Assembly (NCBI GenBank): GCA_050014195.1
Contig: JBEKDT010000020.1
Location: 24,006-88,005, forward strand
DNA length: 64,000 nt
Source: Desulfomonilia bacterium
GTDB taxonomy: Bacteria; Desulfobacterota; Desulfomonilia; UBA1062
Direction: 5' to 3'
The notes beneath the pieces were generated by a model, which saw only the letters and a program-made list of their open reading frames with translations, searched no databases and was not told the origin of the DNA. Position 1 is the first letter of the stretch. Every line of letters begins with the position of its first letter. Shown here one piece after another: positions 29,250 to 38,820 of the stretch. The position numbers and the translations under genes were made by a program.

Positions 29250-29876
29250 ATGGGGTTCAGCTTTCTCCCTAAGGATCAGAATTTCTTCGTCCTGTTCAAC
29301 AAGCAGGTTCAGTATGCGGTAAATGCAGCGGTCCTGTTCGCAGAGATGACCGCAAAGGGCACCTTCGACACCGATATGGTACAGAAGATGCGCGATATCG
29401 AGCACGATGCCGATGAGGTCGCCCACGAGATCATGAGCCGCCTCAACAAGACCTTCATCACCCCCTTTGACCGTGAGGACATACACGCACTGGCATGTGA
29501 GCTCGACGACGTAATCGATATGATCTACACCATCGCCAACCGCATGAAGGTCTATAAGATCGTAACAATAGATGCAGACCTCATCGAATTCTCCACTGTC
29601 ATGGAAAAATCGGTTCATGCCCTTGCCAAGGCCATCGAGGGATTAAGCAACCCCAAGCGGCCGCAGACAACGCTCGATGCCTGTATCGAGGTAAACCGGC
29701 TCGAGAATATCGGGGACACCATGAGGGATGCAATCCTGGCCAACCTATTCGAAACAGTGCAGGACCCAATCTTCCTGATCAAATGGAAGGAGATCTACCA
29801 GTTCGCCGAGACCGTGCTGGATATCTGTGAGGACGTTGCCCACATCGTGGAATCCATCATCGTTAAGCAAGCATAG
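29250..29876 (+). CDS. DUF47 PhoU-like Pit accessory protein
   Basis: EHDAD, FITPFDREDI, LENIGD and KWKEIY. Confidence 0.92.
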   Translation: MGFSFLPKDQNFFVLFNKQVQYAVNAAVLFAEMTAKGTFDTDMVQKMRDIEHDADEVAHEIMSRLNKTFITPFDREDIHALACELDDVIDMIYTIANRMKVYKIVTIDADLIEFSTVMEKSVHALAKAIEGLSNPKRPQTTLDACIEVNRLENIGDTMRDAILANLFETVQDPIFLIKWKEIYQFAETVLDICEDVAHIVESIIVKQA

Positions 29877-29879
29877 GCA

Positions 29880-30860
29880 ATGACCCTTTACATCATCTTC
29901 CTGATCCTCCTTGCGCTCACGTTCGACTTTTTAAATGGGTTTAACGACTCTGCAAACTCTATTGCAACCGTTGTGTCCACTCGTGTTCTCACGCCGCGGC
30001 GGGCAGTCATCTGGGCCGCCTTCTTCAACTTCATCGCCTTCCTTTTTCTGGGGCTGCACGTGGCCAATACTATCGGCAAGGGGATCGTTGATGTCGGTGT
30101 TATTGACCCGCACATTATCTTTGCGACATTAATCGGTGCATGCCTCTGGGATATCATCGCCTGGTACTTCGGCCTCCCGACGAGCTCATCGCACGCACTC
30201 ATAGGCGGACTGGTGGGTTCGGCCCTTGTCAAGGCAGGGCCACATGCCCTTGTTTACAAGGGTATTTTTAAGACAATTTCATTCATCTTTATCTCACCCA
30301 TGGTCGGACTTATGCTCGGCTTGGCCATCGGAATGGCTGTATACCGTTTCTTCAAGAAGTCCACCCCGCTGCATGTGGACCATGTCTTCAGGAAGGGCCA
30401 GCTCGTCTCTGCCGCCCTGTTCAGCCTGGGCCACGGCGGAAACGATGCCCAGAAGACCATGGGCATCATCGCAGGCCTCCTGTTCAGCGCAGGGCTCTTG
30501 GGTGACAAATTCTACATCCCGTTCTGGGTGGTCATCTCATGCCAGGCGGCCATTGCCTTGGGGACCATGTTCGGTGGCTGGCGCATCGTGAAGACCATGG
30601 GCCAGAAGATCGCCAAGCTCAAGCCGGTGGACGGCTTCTGTGCCGAATCCGGTGCAGCCATCTCCCTGTTCATTACTACGGCTATGGGTATCCCGGTGAG
30701 CACCACGCATACCATCACCGGCGCCATCATGGGCGTGGGGTCATTGCGCCGCATGAGTGCGGTGCGCTGGGGGGTGGCGGGTCGTATCATCTGGGCCTGG
30801 ATCTTCACCATCCCCTGCTCCGCCACTGTCTCCGCTATTACCTACCTTATTGTCGGGTAG
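29880..30860 (+). CDS. pit: Inorganic phosphate transporter (PiT/PHO4), copy 1
   Basis: NGFNDSAN, GLPTSSSH, GGNDAQK and PVSTTH. Confidence 0.93.
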   Translation: MTLYIIFLILLALTFDFLNGFNDSANSIATVVSTRVLTPRRAVIWAAFFNFIAFLFLGLHVANTIGKGIVDVGVIDPHIIFATLIGACLWDIIAWYFGLPTSSSHALIGGLVGSALVKAGPHALVYKGIFKTISFIFISPMVGLMLGLAIGMAVYRFFKKSTPLHVDHVFRKGQLVSAALFSLGHGGNDAQKTMGIIAGLLFSAGLLGDKFYIPFWVVISCQAAIALGTMFGGWRIVKTMGQKIAKLKPVDGFCAESGAAISLFITTAMGIPVSTTHTITGAIMGVGSLRRMSAVRWGVAGRIIWAWIFTIPCSATVSAITYLIVG

Positions 30861-30948
30861 ACCTCCACATCAGACAAACGATACATATGTGAGTTGCATT
30901 ACTTCTGAGATTTTTCTCCAAAGCAATATCAGGATCAATATTCATTTC

Positions 30949-30987
30949 TTCATGAAAAATTAACCAAATATTCATTATTCATTAACA
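30949..30987 (+). promoter_or_regulatory. Pho-box-like array upstream of pit copy 2
   Basis: TTCAT/TTAAC/TTCAT/TTAAC at 30949, 30960, 30971 and 30982. Confidence 0.72.
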
Positions 30988-31103
30988 ATGACTATTCTAT
31001 ACATACATAAAACCACCGGTATGATACAAAAACGACAGGGTACATTTTACACCACAGCCAAGACTCCGGTAGCTCGGTATTCATCCCGGGGGATGAACCG
31101 GAT

Positions 31104-32099
31104 ATGACCGCTTACATCTTTTTTCTGATCATGCTTGCACTTACGTTTGATTTTCTGAACGGGTTCCACGACTCTGCAAATTCAATAGCCACCATCGTCT
31201 CCACGCGAGTTCTTTCGCCGAGGTATGCCGTGATCTGGGCCGCCTTTTTCAACTTTGTCGCCTTTCTGTTCCTCGGGCTGCACGTGGCCAACACTATAGG
31301 GAAGGGGATCGTGGATGTGGGTATCATAGATCCCACTATCATCTTCGCTACACTGGTAAGTGCATGCCTCTGGGATATCACAACATGGTATTTCGGTCTG
31401 CCCACAAGTTCCTCCCATGCCCTTATCGGGGGGCTGGTGGGTGCAGCTCTCGTGAAGGCAGGCTCGGGGTCGCTTGTGATGAAAGGTATCGTGAAGACAA
31501 TCCTTTTTATCTTTGTCTCCCCTACCGTCGGGCTTATCCTTGGGCTTCTCATCGGCATAGTCGTCTACCGGACCTTCAGAAAATCGACTCCACGCAATGT
31601 AGACCACATCTTCCGGAAAGGTCAGCTGGTATCGGCTGCACTCTACAGTCTCGGTCACGGCGGCAATGACGCCCAGAAGACCATGGGCATCATTGCCGGG
31701 CTCCTTTTCAGTGCAGGCCTCCTGGGTGACAAATTCTATATCCCGTTCTGGGTGGTCATTGCCTGTCAAACCGCCATTGCACTTGGAACCATGTTCGGAG
31801 GCTGGCGCATCGTGAAGACCATGGGCCAGAAGATCGCCAAGCTCAAGCCGGTAGACGGATTCTGTGCGGAGACGGGCGCGGCCTTAACCCTGTTCCTCTC
31901 AACGGCTATGGGGATCCCGGTAAGCACGACCCATACCATCACCGGCGCCATCATGGGGGTCGGGTCGCTGCGTCGCCTGAGCGCTGTGAAGTGGGGCGTT
32001 GCAGGCCGCATCGTTTGGGCGTGGATACTCACCATCCCTGCTGCTGCAATCATATCCGCCATCACTTACCTGCTTGCCAGGCAGGGTTTTTTAAAATAG
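31104..32099 (+). CDS. pit: Inorganic phosphate transporter (PiT/PHO4), copy 2
   Basis: NGFHDSAN and GGNDAQK; colinear paralog of copy 1. Confidence 0.93.
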   Translation: MTAYIFFLIMLALTFDFLNGFHDSANSIATIVSTRVLSPRYAVIWAAFFNFVAFLFLGLHVANTIGKGIVDVGIIDPTIIFATLVSACLWDITTWYFGLPTSSSHALIGGLVGAALVKAGSGSLVMKGIVKTILFIFVSPTVGLILGLLIGIVVYRTFRKSTPRNVDHIFRKGQLVSAALYSLGHGGNDAQKTMGIIAGLLFSAGLLGDKFYIPFWVVIACQTAIALGTMFGGWRIVKTMGQKIAKLKPVDGFCAETGAALTLFLSTAMGIPVSTTHTITGAIMGVGSLRRLSAVKWGVAGRIVWAWILTIPAAAIISAITYLLARQGFLK

Positions 32100-32146
32100 A
32101 AAGCCTTTATAGCATTCTTAAACATCATTCCAATAAAGTACGAGGC

Positions 32147-32185
32147 TTAACGAAGAATTAACACACTCTTTATTCAACATTAACA
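32147..32185 (+). promoter_or_regulatory. Pho-box-like array upstream of pstS
   Basis: TTAAC/TTAAC/TTTAT/TTAAC at 32147, 32158, 32169 and 32180. Confidence 0.78.
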
Positions 32186-32224
32186 TTTAAGCTCTATCTG
32201 AAATAAAAACAGTGGAGGAATTTC

Positions 32225-33058
32225 ATGAAAACGAGATTGTTCTCAAAGATAACATGGTACGTTATGGCGGCCCTGATCATTGCCATGCCAGCCGCAATAG
32301 TCCATGCTACCGGGAATACCATTACCATCAAGGGCTCTACAACCGTACTGCCCGTAGCACAAGCGGCATCCGAGGTCTTTATGGAAAAGAACCCCGAGGT
32401 GAAGATATCGGTGCAGGGCGGCGGCTCCGGTGTGGGCATAGCCTCGCTCCTGGACAAGACCACTGATATTGCCGACTCATCGCGCAAGATCAGTCCCGAG
32501 GAGATCGAGAAGGCAAAGGCTGCAGGGGTCAACCCCAATGAGATCCCCATTGCCCTTGACGGCATCGCTGTCATCGTGCACCCGACCAATGCCGTCAAGG
32601 CACTGACCAAGGCCCAGATCAAAGATATCTTCACAGGCAAGATAACAAACTGGTCCGAGGTCGGCGGCAAGAATGCAAAGATCGTGGCCGTGAACCGCGA
32701 TACTTCAAGCGGCACCTTCGAGGCATTCGAGACACTTGCCCTGAACAAGGAGAAGGTCCGCCCCGATGCCCTGACCACGGCCTCCAATCAGGCTGTTGCC
32801 CAGACCGTTGCACAGACCCCGAACGCCATCGGCTATGTGGGGCATGGATTTTTAAGCCCGAAGGTAAAGGCGGTGACCGTTGACAAGATAGCATGCACCA
32901 AGCAGACCATCCAGTCTGAGAAATACCCCCTCTCCCGGTACTTGTACGTGTATACGAATGGCAAGCCGGCGGGGAACGTTCAGAAGTTCATCAACTTCCT
33001 CCTGAGTGCCGAAGGCCAGAAGCTCGTGGTGCAAGAGGGTTTCGTCGAGGTAAGGTAG
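32225..33058 (+). CDS. pstS: Phosphate ABC substrate-binding protein
   Basis: GSTTVLP, GGGSGVG, SSR, SGT and YPLSRYLY. Confidence 0.93.
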   Translation: MKTRLFSKITWYVMAALIIAMPAAIVHATGNTITIKGSTTVLPVAQAASEVFMEKNPEVKISVQGGGSGVGIASLLDKTTDIADSSRKISPEEIEKAKAAGVNPNEIPIALDGIAVIVHPTNAVKALTKAQIKDIFTGKITNWSEVGGKNAKIVAVNRDTSSGTFEAFETLALNKEKVRPDALTTASNQAVAQTVAQTPNAIGYVGHGFLSPKVKAVTVDKIACTKQTIQSEKYPLSRYLYVYTNGKPAGNVQKFINFLLSAEGQKLVVQEGFVEVR

Positions 33059-33121
33059 TAATCCGATGCCTCCATACAGGAGGAAGGACTTCGTGCCCTT
33101 TCTCCCGTATGAAAGACTTCC

Positions 33122-33160
33122 TTAACCGATAATTCATCCAATCTTCATTTTGCCTTAACA
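33122..33160 (+). promoter_or_regulatory. Pho-box-like array upstream of pstC
   Basis: TTAAC/TTCAT/TTCAT/TTAAC at 33122, 33133, 33144 and 33155. Confidence 0.72.
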
Positions 33161-33193
33161 ATTCTTCCCTACGTATTAATATGAGACGAGGGA

Positions 33194-34099
33194 GTGAAAG
33201 TGGACAGGAAAACCTTGCGAATACTCAAAGAGGCTTTTTATAAGTGGCTCTTCGCCATCCTGGCCTTTGCCTCACTCGTATTTCTGATAGGCATCATCAT
33301 TACGCTCCTCAAAGAGTCTTTGCCTGTATTTGCCAAGGTCAGGCTTACATCGTTCCTCTTCGGACAGAGCTGGTACCCGACAGCAACACCTCCTGAATTC
33401 GGCATATGGCCCCTCATCATAGCATCATTCACCGTCACCGCAGGTGCCATGATTGTCTGCGTCCCTATCGGGATCGGGACCGCGCTGTTCATCCATGAGC
33501 TAGCAAGCCGGTCTCAGCGGGCATTCCTCAAGCCTGTCATCGAGATCCTGGCAGGCATCCCTTCCATTGTGTACGGCTTCTTCGGCATGGTCATTGTGGC
33601 CCCGTTCCTGCAGAACCTTCTCGGAATACCCACTGGTTTATGTGCATTCACAGCCAGTCTTGTGCTCGGCATCATGGCAACGCCGACCGTAGCAAGCCTT
33701 GCGGAAGACGCCTTGAGCTTCGTGCCCAGGAGTTTCAGAGAGGCGTCTTTGGCCCTGGGTGCAAACCGGTGGCAGACACTCACAAAGGTTGTCATGCCCG
33801 CAGCGGGTTCCGGCATCTCCACGGCCATCATCCTAGGCATGGGCAGGGCCGTGGGCGAGACCATGACGGTGCTCATGGTGGCGGGCGGTGCGGCCATGGT
33901 GCCTAAGAGCATCTTTGATCCTGTCCGGCCCATGACCTCCACTATCGCCGCCGAAATGGGCGAGGCAGTGCTGGGAAGCCTCCATTATCATGTGCTCTTT
34001 GCCATCGGGCTGATCCTCTTTCTGATCACGCTCGGGGTAAATATCATCGCTGAGATCTTGAGCAGGAGATACAGACTCAAGCTGGGGCTCGGGAGATGA
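33194..34099 (+). CDS. pstC: Phosphate ABC permease
   Basis: LAGIPSIVYG and GRAVGETMTV. Confidence 0.93.
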   Translation: MKVDRKTLRILKEAFYKWLFAILAFASLVFLIGIIITLLKESLPVFAKVRLTSFLFGQSWYPTATPPEFGIWPLIIASFTVTAGAMIVCVPIGIGTALFIHELASRSQRAFLKPVIEILAGIPSIVYGFFGMVIVAPFLQNLLGIPTGLCAFTASLVLGIMATPTVASLAEDALSFVPRSFREASLALGANRWQTLTKVVMPAAGSGISTAIILGMGRAVGETMTVLMVAGGAAMVPKSIFDPVRPMTSTIAAEMGEAVLGSLHYHVLFAIGLILFLITLGVNIIAEILSRRYRLKLGLGR

Positions 34100-35025
34100 C
34101 ATCTCAAAACGGCATCACGGAAAATATCACCGGCACCTTGCCGGATAAGACCTTCGGACAGAAGAAGCTCATCAGGTTGAGTGATGTCACACAGGCCCTT
34201 GGGTTTCTCTTCCTGATTCTTTGCATCCTTTTCGCTCTCTTCTTTCTCGGATCCATCATCTACTTCATCACCTCTCGGGGGATAGCGGTCATATCCTGGG
34301 AGTTCCTCACCGATGTGCCCAGGAAGGCCATGACCAAAGGCGGCGTGGCCCCGGCCATCGTAGGTACATTTTATCTTACTATGGGCGCCATTGCATTCTC
34401 CCTGCCGCTCGGGCTTGCCAGTGCCATCTATCTGTGCGAGTACAGCCCAAGCAACGTTGCGGTGAACATAATCCGCCTCTCCATCAACAACCTGGCTGGC
34501 ATCCCATCCGTGGTGTTCGGCCTTTTCGGGTTCGCGGTCTTTGTCAAGATATTCGGCTTCGGAGTCTGTATCCTCTCCGGCAGCCTTACACTTGGGATAA
34601 TGGCCTTGCCGGGTATCATCTCCGCCTCACAGGAGGCGATCCTGGCGGTACCCCAGTCTTACAAAGAGGCCTCCCTTGCCCTGGGCGCCACACACTGGCA
34701 GACCATCAAGAAGGTGGTGCTGCCCACAGCCCTGCCGGGCATACTCACCGGCGTGATCCTGAATGTAGGCAGGGTGGCGGGTGAAACAGCTCCGATCCTG
34801 TTTACCGCAGCCACCTTTTATACCCGGGACTATCCGAAGTCGGTTTTCTCCGAGGTCATGGCCCTGCCCTATCACATCTACGCGCTCATGACCGAGGGCA
34901 CGCACCCGGAGGTGCAGACAGCAATCGCATACGGCTGTTCGCTCATCCTCCTGGCCCTTGTGCTTGCCATATCGGCCTGCGCCATTATCCTGAGGCAGAG
35001 ACAGAGGATAACCTATGGATCCTAA
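34096..35025 (+). CDS. pstA: Phosphate ABC permease
   Basis: [10 protein letters not shown] and GRVAGETAP. Confidence 0.93.
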   Translation: MTSQNGITENITGTLPDKTFGQKKLIRLSDVTQALGFLFLILCILFALFFLGSIIYFITSRGIAVISWEFLTDVPRKAMTKGGVAPAIVGTFYLTMGAIAFSLPLGLASAIYLCEYSPSNVAVNIIRLSINNLAGIPSVVFGLFGFAVFVKIFGFGVCILSGSLTLGIMALPGIISASQEAILAVPQSYKEASLALGATHWQTIKKVVLPTALPGILTGVILNVGRVAGETAPILFTAATFYTRDYPKSVFSEVMALPYHIYALMTEGTHPEVQTAIAYGCSLILLALVLAISACAIILRQRQRITYGS

Positions 35026-35776
35026 GGTGAAAATCAGCGCACAGAATATCAACTTCTTCTACGGCAAGACCAAGGCCCTGAAGAACATATCTCTCGATAT
35101 CTACGAGAAACAGGTCACGGCCTTCATCGGTCCTTCTGGCTGCGGCAAGTCCACCTTCATCAGGCTTTTGAACCGCATGAATGACCTCATACCAGGCTCA
35201 AGGGTGGATGGCCGGATCATGATGGACGGTTTCGACATCAACAACCCGAAGACCGATGTAGTGGATTTAAGGCGCCGCGTGGGCATGGTCTTTCAGAAGC
35301 CGAACCCCTTCCCCAAGACCATCTTTGAAAACATGGCCTATGGGCTCAGCATAGGCGGCATCAGGGACAAGAACTTCATAGAACAAAGGGTGGTCACATC
35401 GCTCAAAAGGGCGGCGCTCTTTGAGGATGTAAAAGATCGTCTGAACGACAGTGCCCTGATGCTCTCGGGCGGACAGCAGCAGAGGCTCTGCATCGCCCGG
35501 TGCCTCGTGGTGGAGCCCGAGGTGATCTTGTTCGACGAACCCTGTGCCAGCCTTGACCCCATCTCCACACGCAAGATCGAGGAGCTTCTCCTGGAGCTCA
35601 AGAAAGACTACACCATCGTGATCGTAACCCATAACATGCAACAGGCCGCCCGCGTCTCGGACTACACCGCTTTTATGTACTTAGGCGAGCTCATCGAGTA
35701 TGATCTCACAGAGAAGATCTTCACCGTGCCCAAGGAGCGTATGACCGAGGAATACCTAAGCGGCAAATTCGGATGA
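35015..35776 (+). CDS. pstB: Phosphate ABC ATPase
   Basis: [30 protein letters not shown] and THNMQQA. Confidence 0.96.
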   Translation: MDPKVKISAQNINFFYGKTKALKNISLDIYEKQVTAFIGPSGCGKSTFIRLLNRMNDLIPGSRVDGRIMMDGFDINNPKTDVVDLRRRVGMVFQKPNPFPKTIFENMAYGLSIGGIRDKNFIEQRVVTSLKRAALFEDVKDRLNDSALMLSGGQQQRLCIARCLVVEPEVILFDEPCASLDPISTRKIEELLLELKKDYTIVIVTHNMQQAARVSDYTAFMYLGELIEYDLTEKIFTVPKERMTEEYLSGKFG

Positions 35777-35785
35777 GGAGCATTC

Positions 35786-36445
35786 ATGTTAGAAGAGACC
35801 AAACTGACAAACCTTAAGAAGACTCTCATGGAATTCGCTACCTTGGTGGAGTCCATGGTGGACCAGAGCATCACCGGCCTTAAAGTGAAGAAAGAGGATC
35901 AGCTCGCAGATGTCATACACCTTGACGAGCCGAGGGCGAACACCTATGAGATCGAACTCGATGAGAGGTGTGTGTCCATCATTGCCCAGCACCAGCCTAC
36001 TGGCAAGGCCTTGCGCACCATCATCATGATCCTGCACATCAACAGCACCCTGGAGCGGATCGGAGACCATGCGGTCACCATAGCGGAGAGCGGCCTATTT
36101 CTCATCGAACGGCCCCCGGTCAAGTCTCTCATCGACATCCCGAGGATGGCCGATGTGGTGAAGTCCATGATATCGGACAGCATCACATCTTTTATCAATG
36201 AGGATGCCGAGCTCGCCCGCAGCGTGTGCGAGCGCGACAGCATCGTGGACGGCCTGCGGACCCAGATCATCAGAGAGCTCATCACCTTCATGACTTCCGA
36301 CCCCACCACCATAGAGCGGGCACTGCAGATCATGAAGATCGCGAGCAACCTCGAGCGCATCGCAGACCTCACCACCAATATATGCGAGGATGTGATCTAC
36401 ATGGTCAAGGGTCAGGTGATAAAGCATCACAAAGATAGCTTATAA
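35786..36445 (+). CDS. phoU: Phosphate signalling protein
   Basis: Two LERIGD/LERIAD repeats; last gene of the pst operon. Confidence 0.94.
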   Translation: MLEETKLTNLKKTLMEFATLVESMVDQSITGLKVKKEDQLADVIHLDEPRANTYEIELDERCVSIIAQHQPTGKALRTIIMILHINSTLERIGDHAVTIAESGLFLIERPPVKSLIDIPRMADVVKSMISDSITSFINEDAELARSVCERDSIVDGLRTQIIRELITFMTSDPTTIERALQIMKIASNLERIADLTTNICEDVIYMVKGQVIKHHKDSL

Positions 36446-36634
36446 AATTAGTACTATATTATCAATATTAACATGGCATTATAAATACTAACCCACATTC
36501 TTGATCGTGCGATAATTAGGCTATAATTACATAACAGATTATCTTATTTATTTTTCCCGCTTCCGTATTTCTTTAATTGGGCTACTTCTTATTCACCTTT
36601 TGGCCCAACCGGGCACGGGTTTCAGAAACGGATC

Positions 36635-37606
36635 TTACAAAAGCGCTGCCACATAAAAGTCCAGCTCGGGCGCGGCCTTTCGAACAACAGAGAATTTTCT
36701 GCCGTACATTGTGTGTTCAAAGCATTCGCAGGCACGTATTTTTCGGGAAAGTTCCGCAAGGTCTTCCGGTTTGCCTTGCTCAAGATTTCGCTCTACATCA
36801 ATATAGTGTTTGACCGCCTGGGATGCCTGCCACGACGGTTTCTGCTCAACAAACGGGTCCATTTGCATGGCCTGAAGGGCGTCCGCGCTGGCACCGACCA
36901 GTGTTGCGCCGCCGGAGATAATGATGATACGGTTTTTGCTCTTATCTACCGTGGAGGCGTTTACCCACCCCAGATTATAGTGCACTCCGCTAAACCCACA
37001 CATTTCGGGATCATCTTCCCGCTTATAGACCGGGGCATGGATAGCCTGAATAAAACAGCCAAGCAGCTCGATAAACGGACTGGGCGCCCACCTCGGGATA
37101 CGTTGTGGATTCTGCCCGGCATCCACCCAGCCATAATAGTCATAATAAGTAATCCCGCTTGCGCAAACCTTCACCGCATCGAAACCGGGTGGAAACGCAT
37201 TGCCGAAATTCGTATTTGTCTGTCCCACAACCATGGATTTTTTATCGATATACAACACTTCGTCACAGTATCGATTTCTTGCATATGCATCACGGAGAAA
37301 TGGGCGCATATACTCGTATAACCGCAATTCCTTCTTAATAGCGTTATCTACGGGCACCGCGCCGGTTGCGCCGACAACACCGTTTCCTGCCTTTCCTTCG
37401 TCCGGCGCCCAGATGCAGGATATATTTTCCTTCCATTGATATTGCGGGGCCATGCTGTCGATGTCCGTATCATAGGAAGACACATTGCGAAACAGCGCTT
37501 CCATCCGGGTCGCGATCTCCTGCGAAGTTTTTCTGGCCTCCACCGCCGAGGACTGGATCTCTTCAGCAACCCATTCAATTTCCTCGATGATATTTTTCAT
37601 ACTCAT
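36635..37606 (-). CDS. Soluble Cache-like domain protein (hypothetical)
   Basis: WAPSPFIELLG...IHAPVY...GFSGVHY resembles the dCache pocket motif; no TM segments or output domain. Confidence 0.55.
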   Translation of the reverse strand: MSMKNIIEEIEWVAEEIQSSAVEARKTSQEIATRMEALFRNVSSYDTDIDSMAPQYQWKENISCIWAPDEGKAGNGVVGATGAVPVDNAIKKELRLYEYMRPFLRDAYARNRYCDEVLYIDKKSMVVGQTNTNFGNAFPPGFDAVKVCASGITYYDYYGWVDAGQNPQRIPRWAPSPFIELLGCFIQAIHAPVYKREDDPEMCGFSGVHYNLGWVNASTVDKSKNRIIIISGGATLVGASADALQAMQMDPFVEQKPSWQASQAVKHYIDVERNLEQGKPEDLAELSRKIRACECFEHTMYGRKFSVVRKAAPELDFYVAALL

Positions 37607-37650
37607 ATCACCTTAACATGATCAGACCATGTTCATTGTAATCTCATACC

Positions 37651-38820
37651 TTAGTGTTGTTTCTTGTAATCCGGATTCACAGAACAGTGCATTTTACTCT
37701 CACCATGTAACCAGAAACAACACTTGTTGCATCGGATACATTTTCTTATCTCTCCTTCTTTGCCTTGTGCTGACTTCCTTACAAAATCCTGGTCTGCAAC
37801 CTGACTTCTTCCGATTGCAATGAGATCCGCTTTCTTTTCGGTAAGTATGGATTCTGCTGTCTTAAGACTGGTAATCGAACCAACTGCTATGACAGGTAAA
37901 TTCGTATATCCTTTTATTTGGGATATTATCTCGACATGGGGGGCTTCGCCGAGATCTTTGCCCGGCATGCATCTCTTAAATGATTCCGTCTGAGTCCCTA
38001 CAGATACATGGAAGATATCAACTCCGGCTTTTTCAAGAATAGGGATAATCGTTTTATAGTCTTCCGGCTCAAGCCCGTCTTCCAAAAAATCTTTAGCACT
38101 TATTCTGACAGAAATAATGACATCATCACCTATTTTCTTTCTGCTCTGTTTAATGATCTCTTTTAAAAAGCGAGTCCTATTTTCAAGGCAGCCACCATAC
38201 TTATCTTTCCGTTTGTTTGTGCGGGAAGATAAGAAGCCATGTAATAAATAGCCATGTGCTGCATGAAACTCGATCACCTGAGCTCCAGCCAGCGCACCTC
38301 GGTAAGATGCCTCCACAAATTGATTGCGTACCCGCTCAATGTCTTCTTTCGTCATTTCTCTTAATTTGTACCCTGAACTTAATTTTGAAAGAACAGGATC
38401 AGGTACATTACTCGCGGCAATAAGCGCGTCTACCCCGGGAGGCGGAGCTAATGCCTGCCTCCCATTGTGCGCAAGCTGGAGTGAAACACCGCATCCATAC
38501 CCTTTCAGCATAGTAAAAAGTTTCTTCAAGCCGGGTATGAACTCATCTTTGTCGATCCTTATTGATCCTTCATAGCCGGGAGGTACTTCGCCCACGATTC
38601 CTGCTGCGCCAACGGTGATAAGGCCTGCTCCACCTTCAGCCATTTTCAGGTAAAAGCTCGTAAGTTCATCAGACACCTTGCCTTGATTTGCAAAGTTTAC
38701 CACCCATGGAGGGACAACAATTCTATTTGGCAATGTAAGTTTTTTTATTGCCAGAGGTGAAAAAGTCTTCGGAAAATTTGATTGTGCATATTGCATGTTG
38801 TTGAGATCTACTGTCATCAT
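37651..38820 (-). CDS. NADH:flavin oxidoreductase (Old Yellow Enzyme family)
   Basis: LPNRIV, QLAHNGR, HAAHGYLLHGFLS, NKRKDKYGG and CIRCNKC. Confidence 0.92.
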   Translation of the reverse strand: MMTVDLNNMQYAQSNFPKTFSPLAIKKLTLPNRIVVPPWVVNFANQGKVSDELTSFYLKMAEGGAGLITVGAAGIVGEVPPGYEGSIRIDKDEFIPGLKKLFTMLKGYGCGVSLQLAHNGRQALAPPPGVDALIAASNVPDPVLSKLSSGYKLREMTKEDIERVRNQFVEASYRGALAGAQVIEFHAAHGYLLHGFLSSRTNKRKDKYGGCLENRTRFLKEIIKQSRKKIGDDVIISVRISAKDFLEDGLEPEDYKTIIPILEKAGVDIFHVSVGTQTESFKRCMPGKDLGEAPHVEIISQIKGYTNLPVIAVGSITSLKTAESILTEKKADLIAIGRSQVADQDFVRKSAQGKEGEIRKCIRCNKCCFWLHGESKMHCSVNPDYKKQH

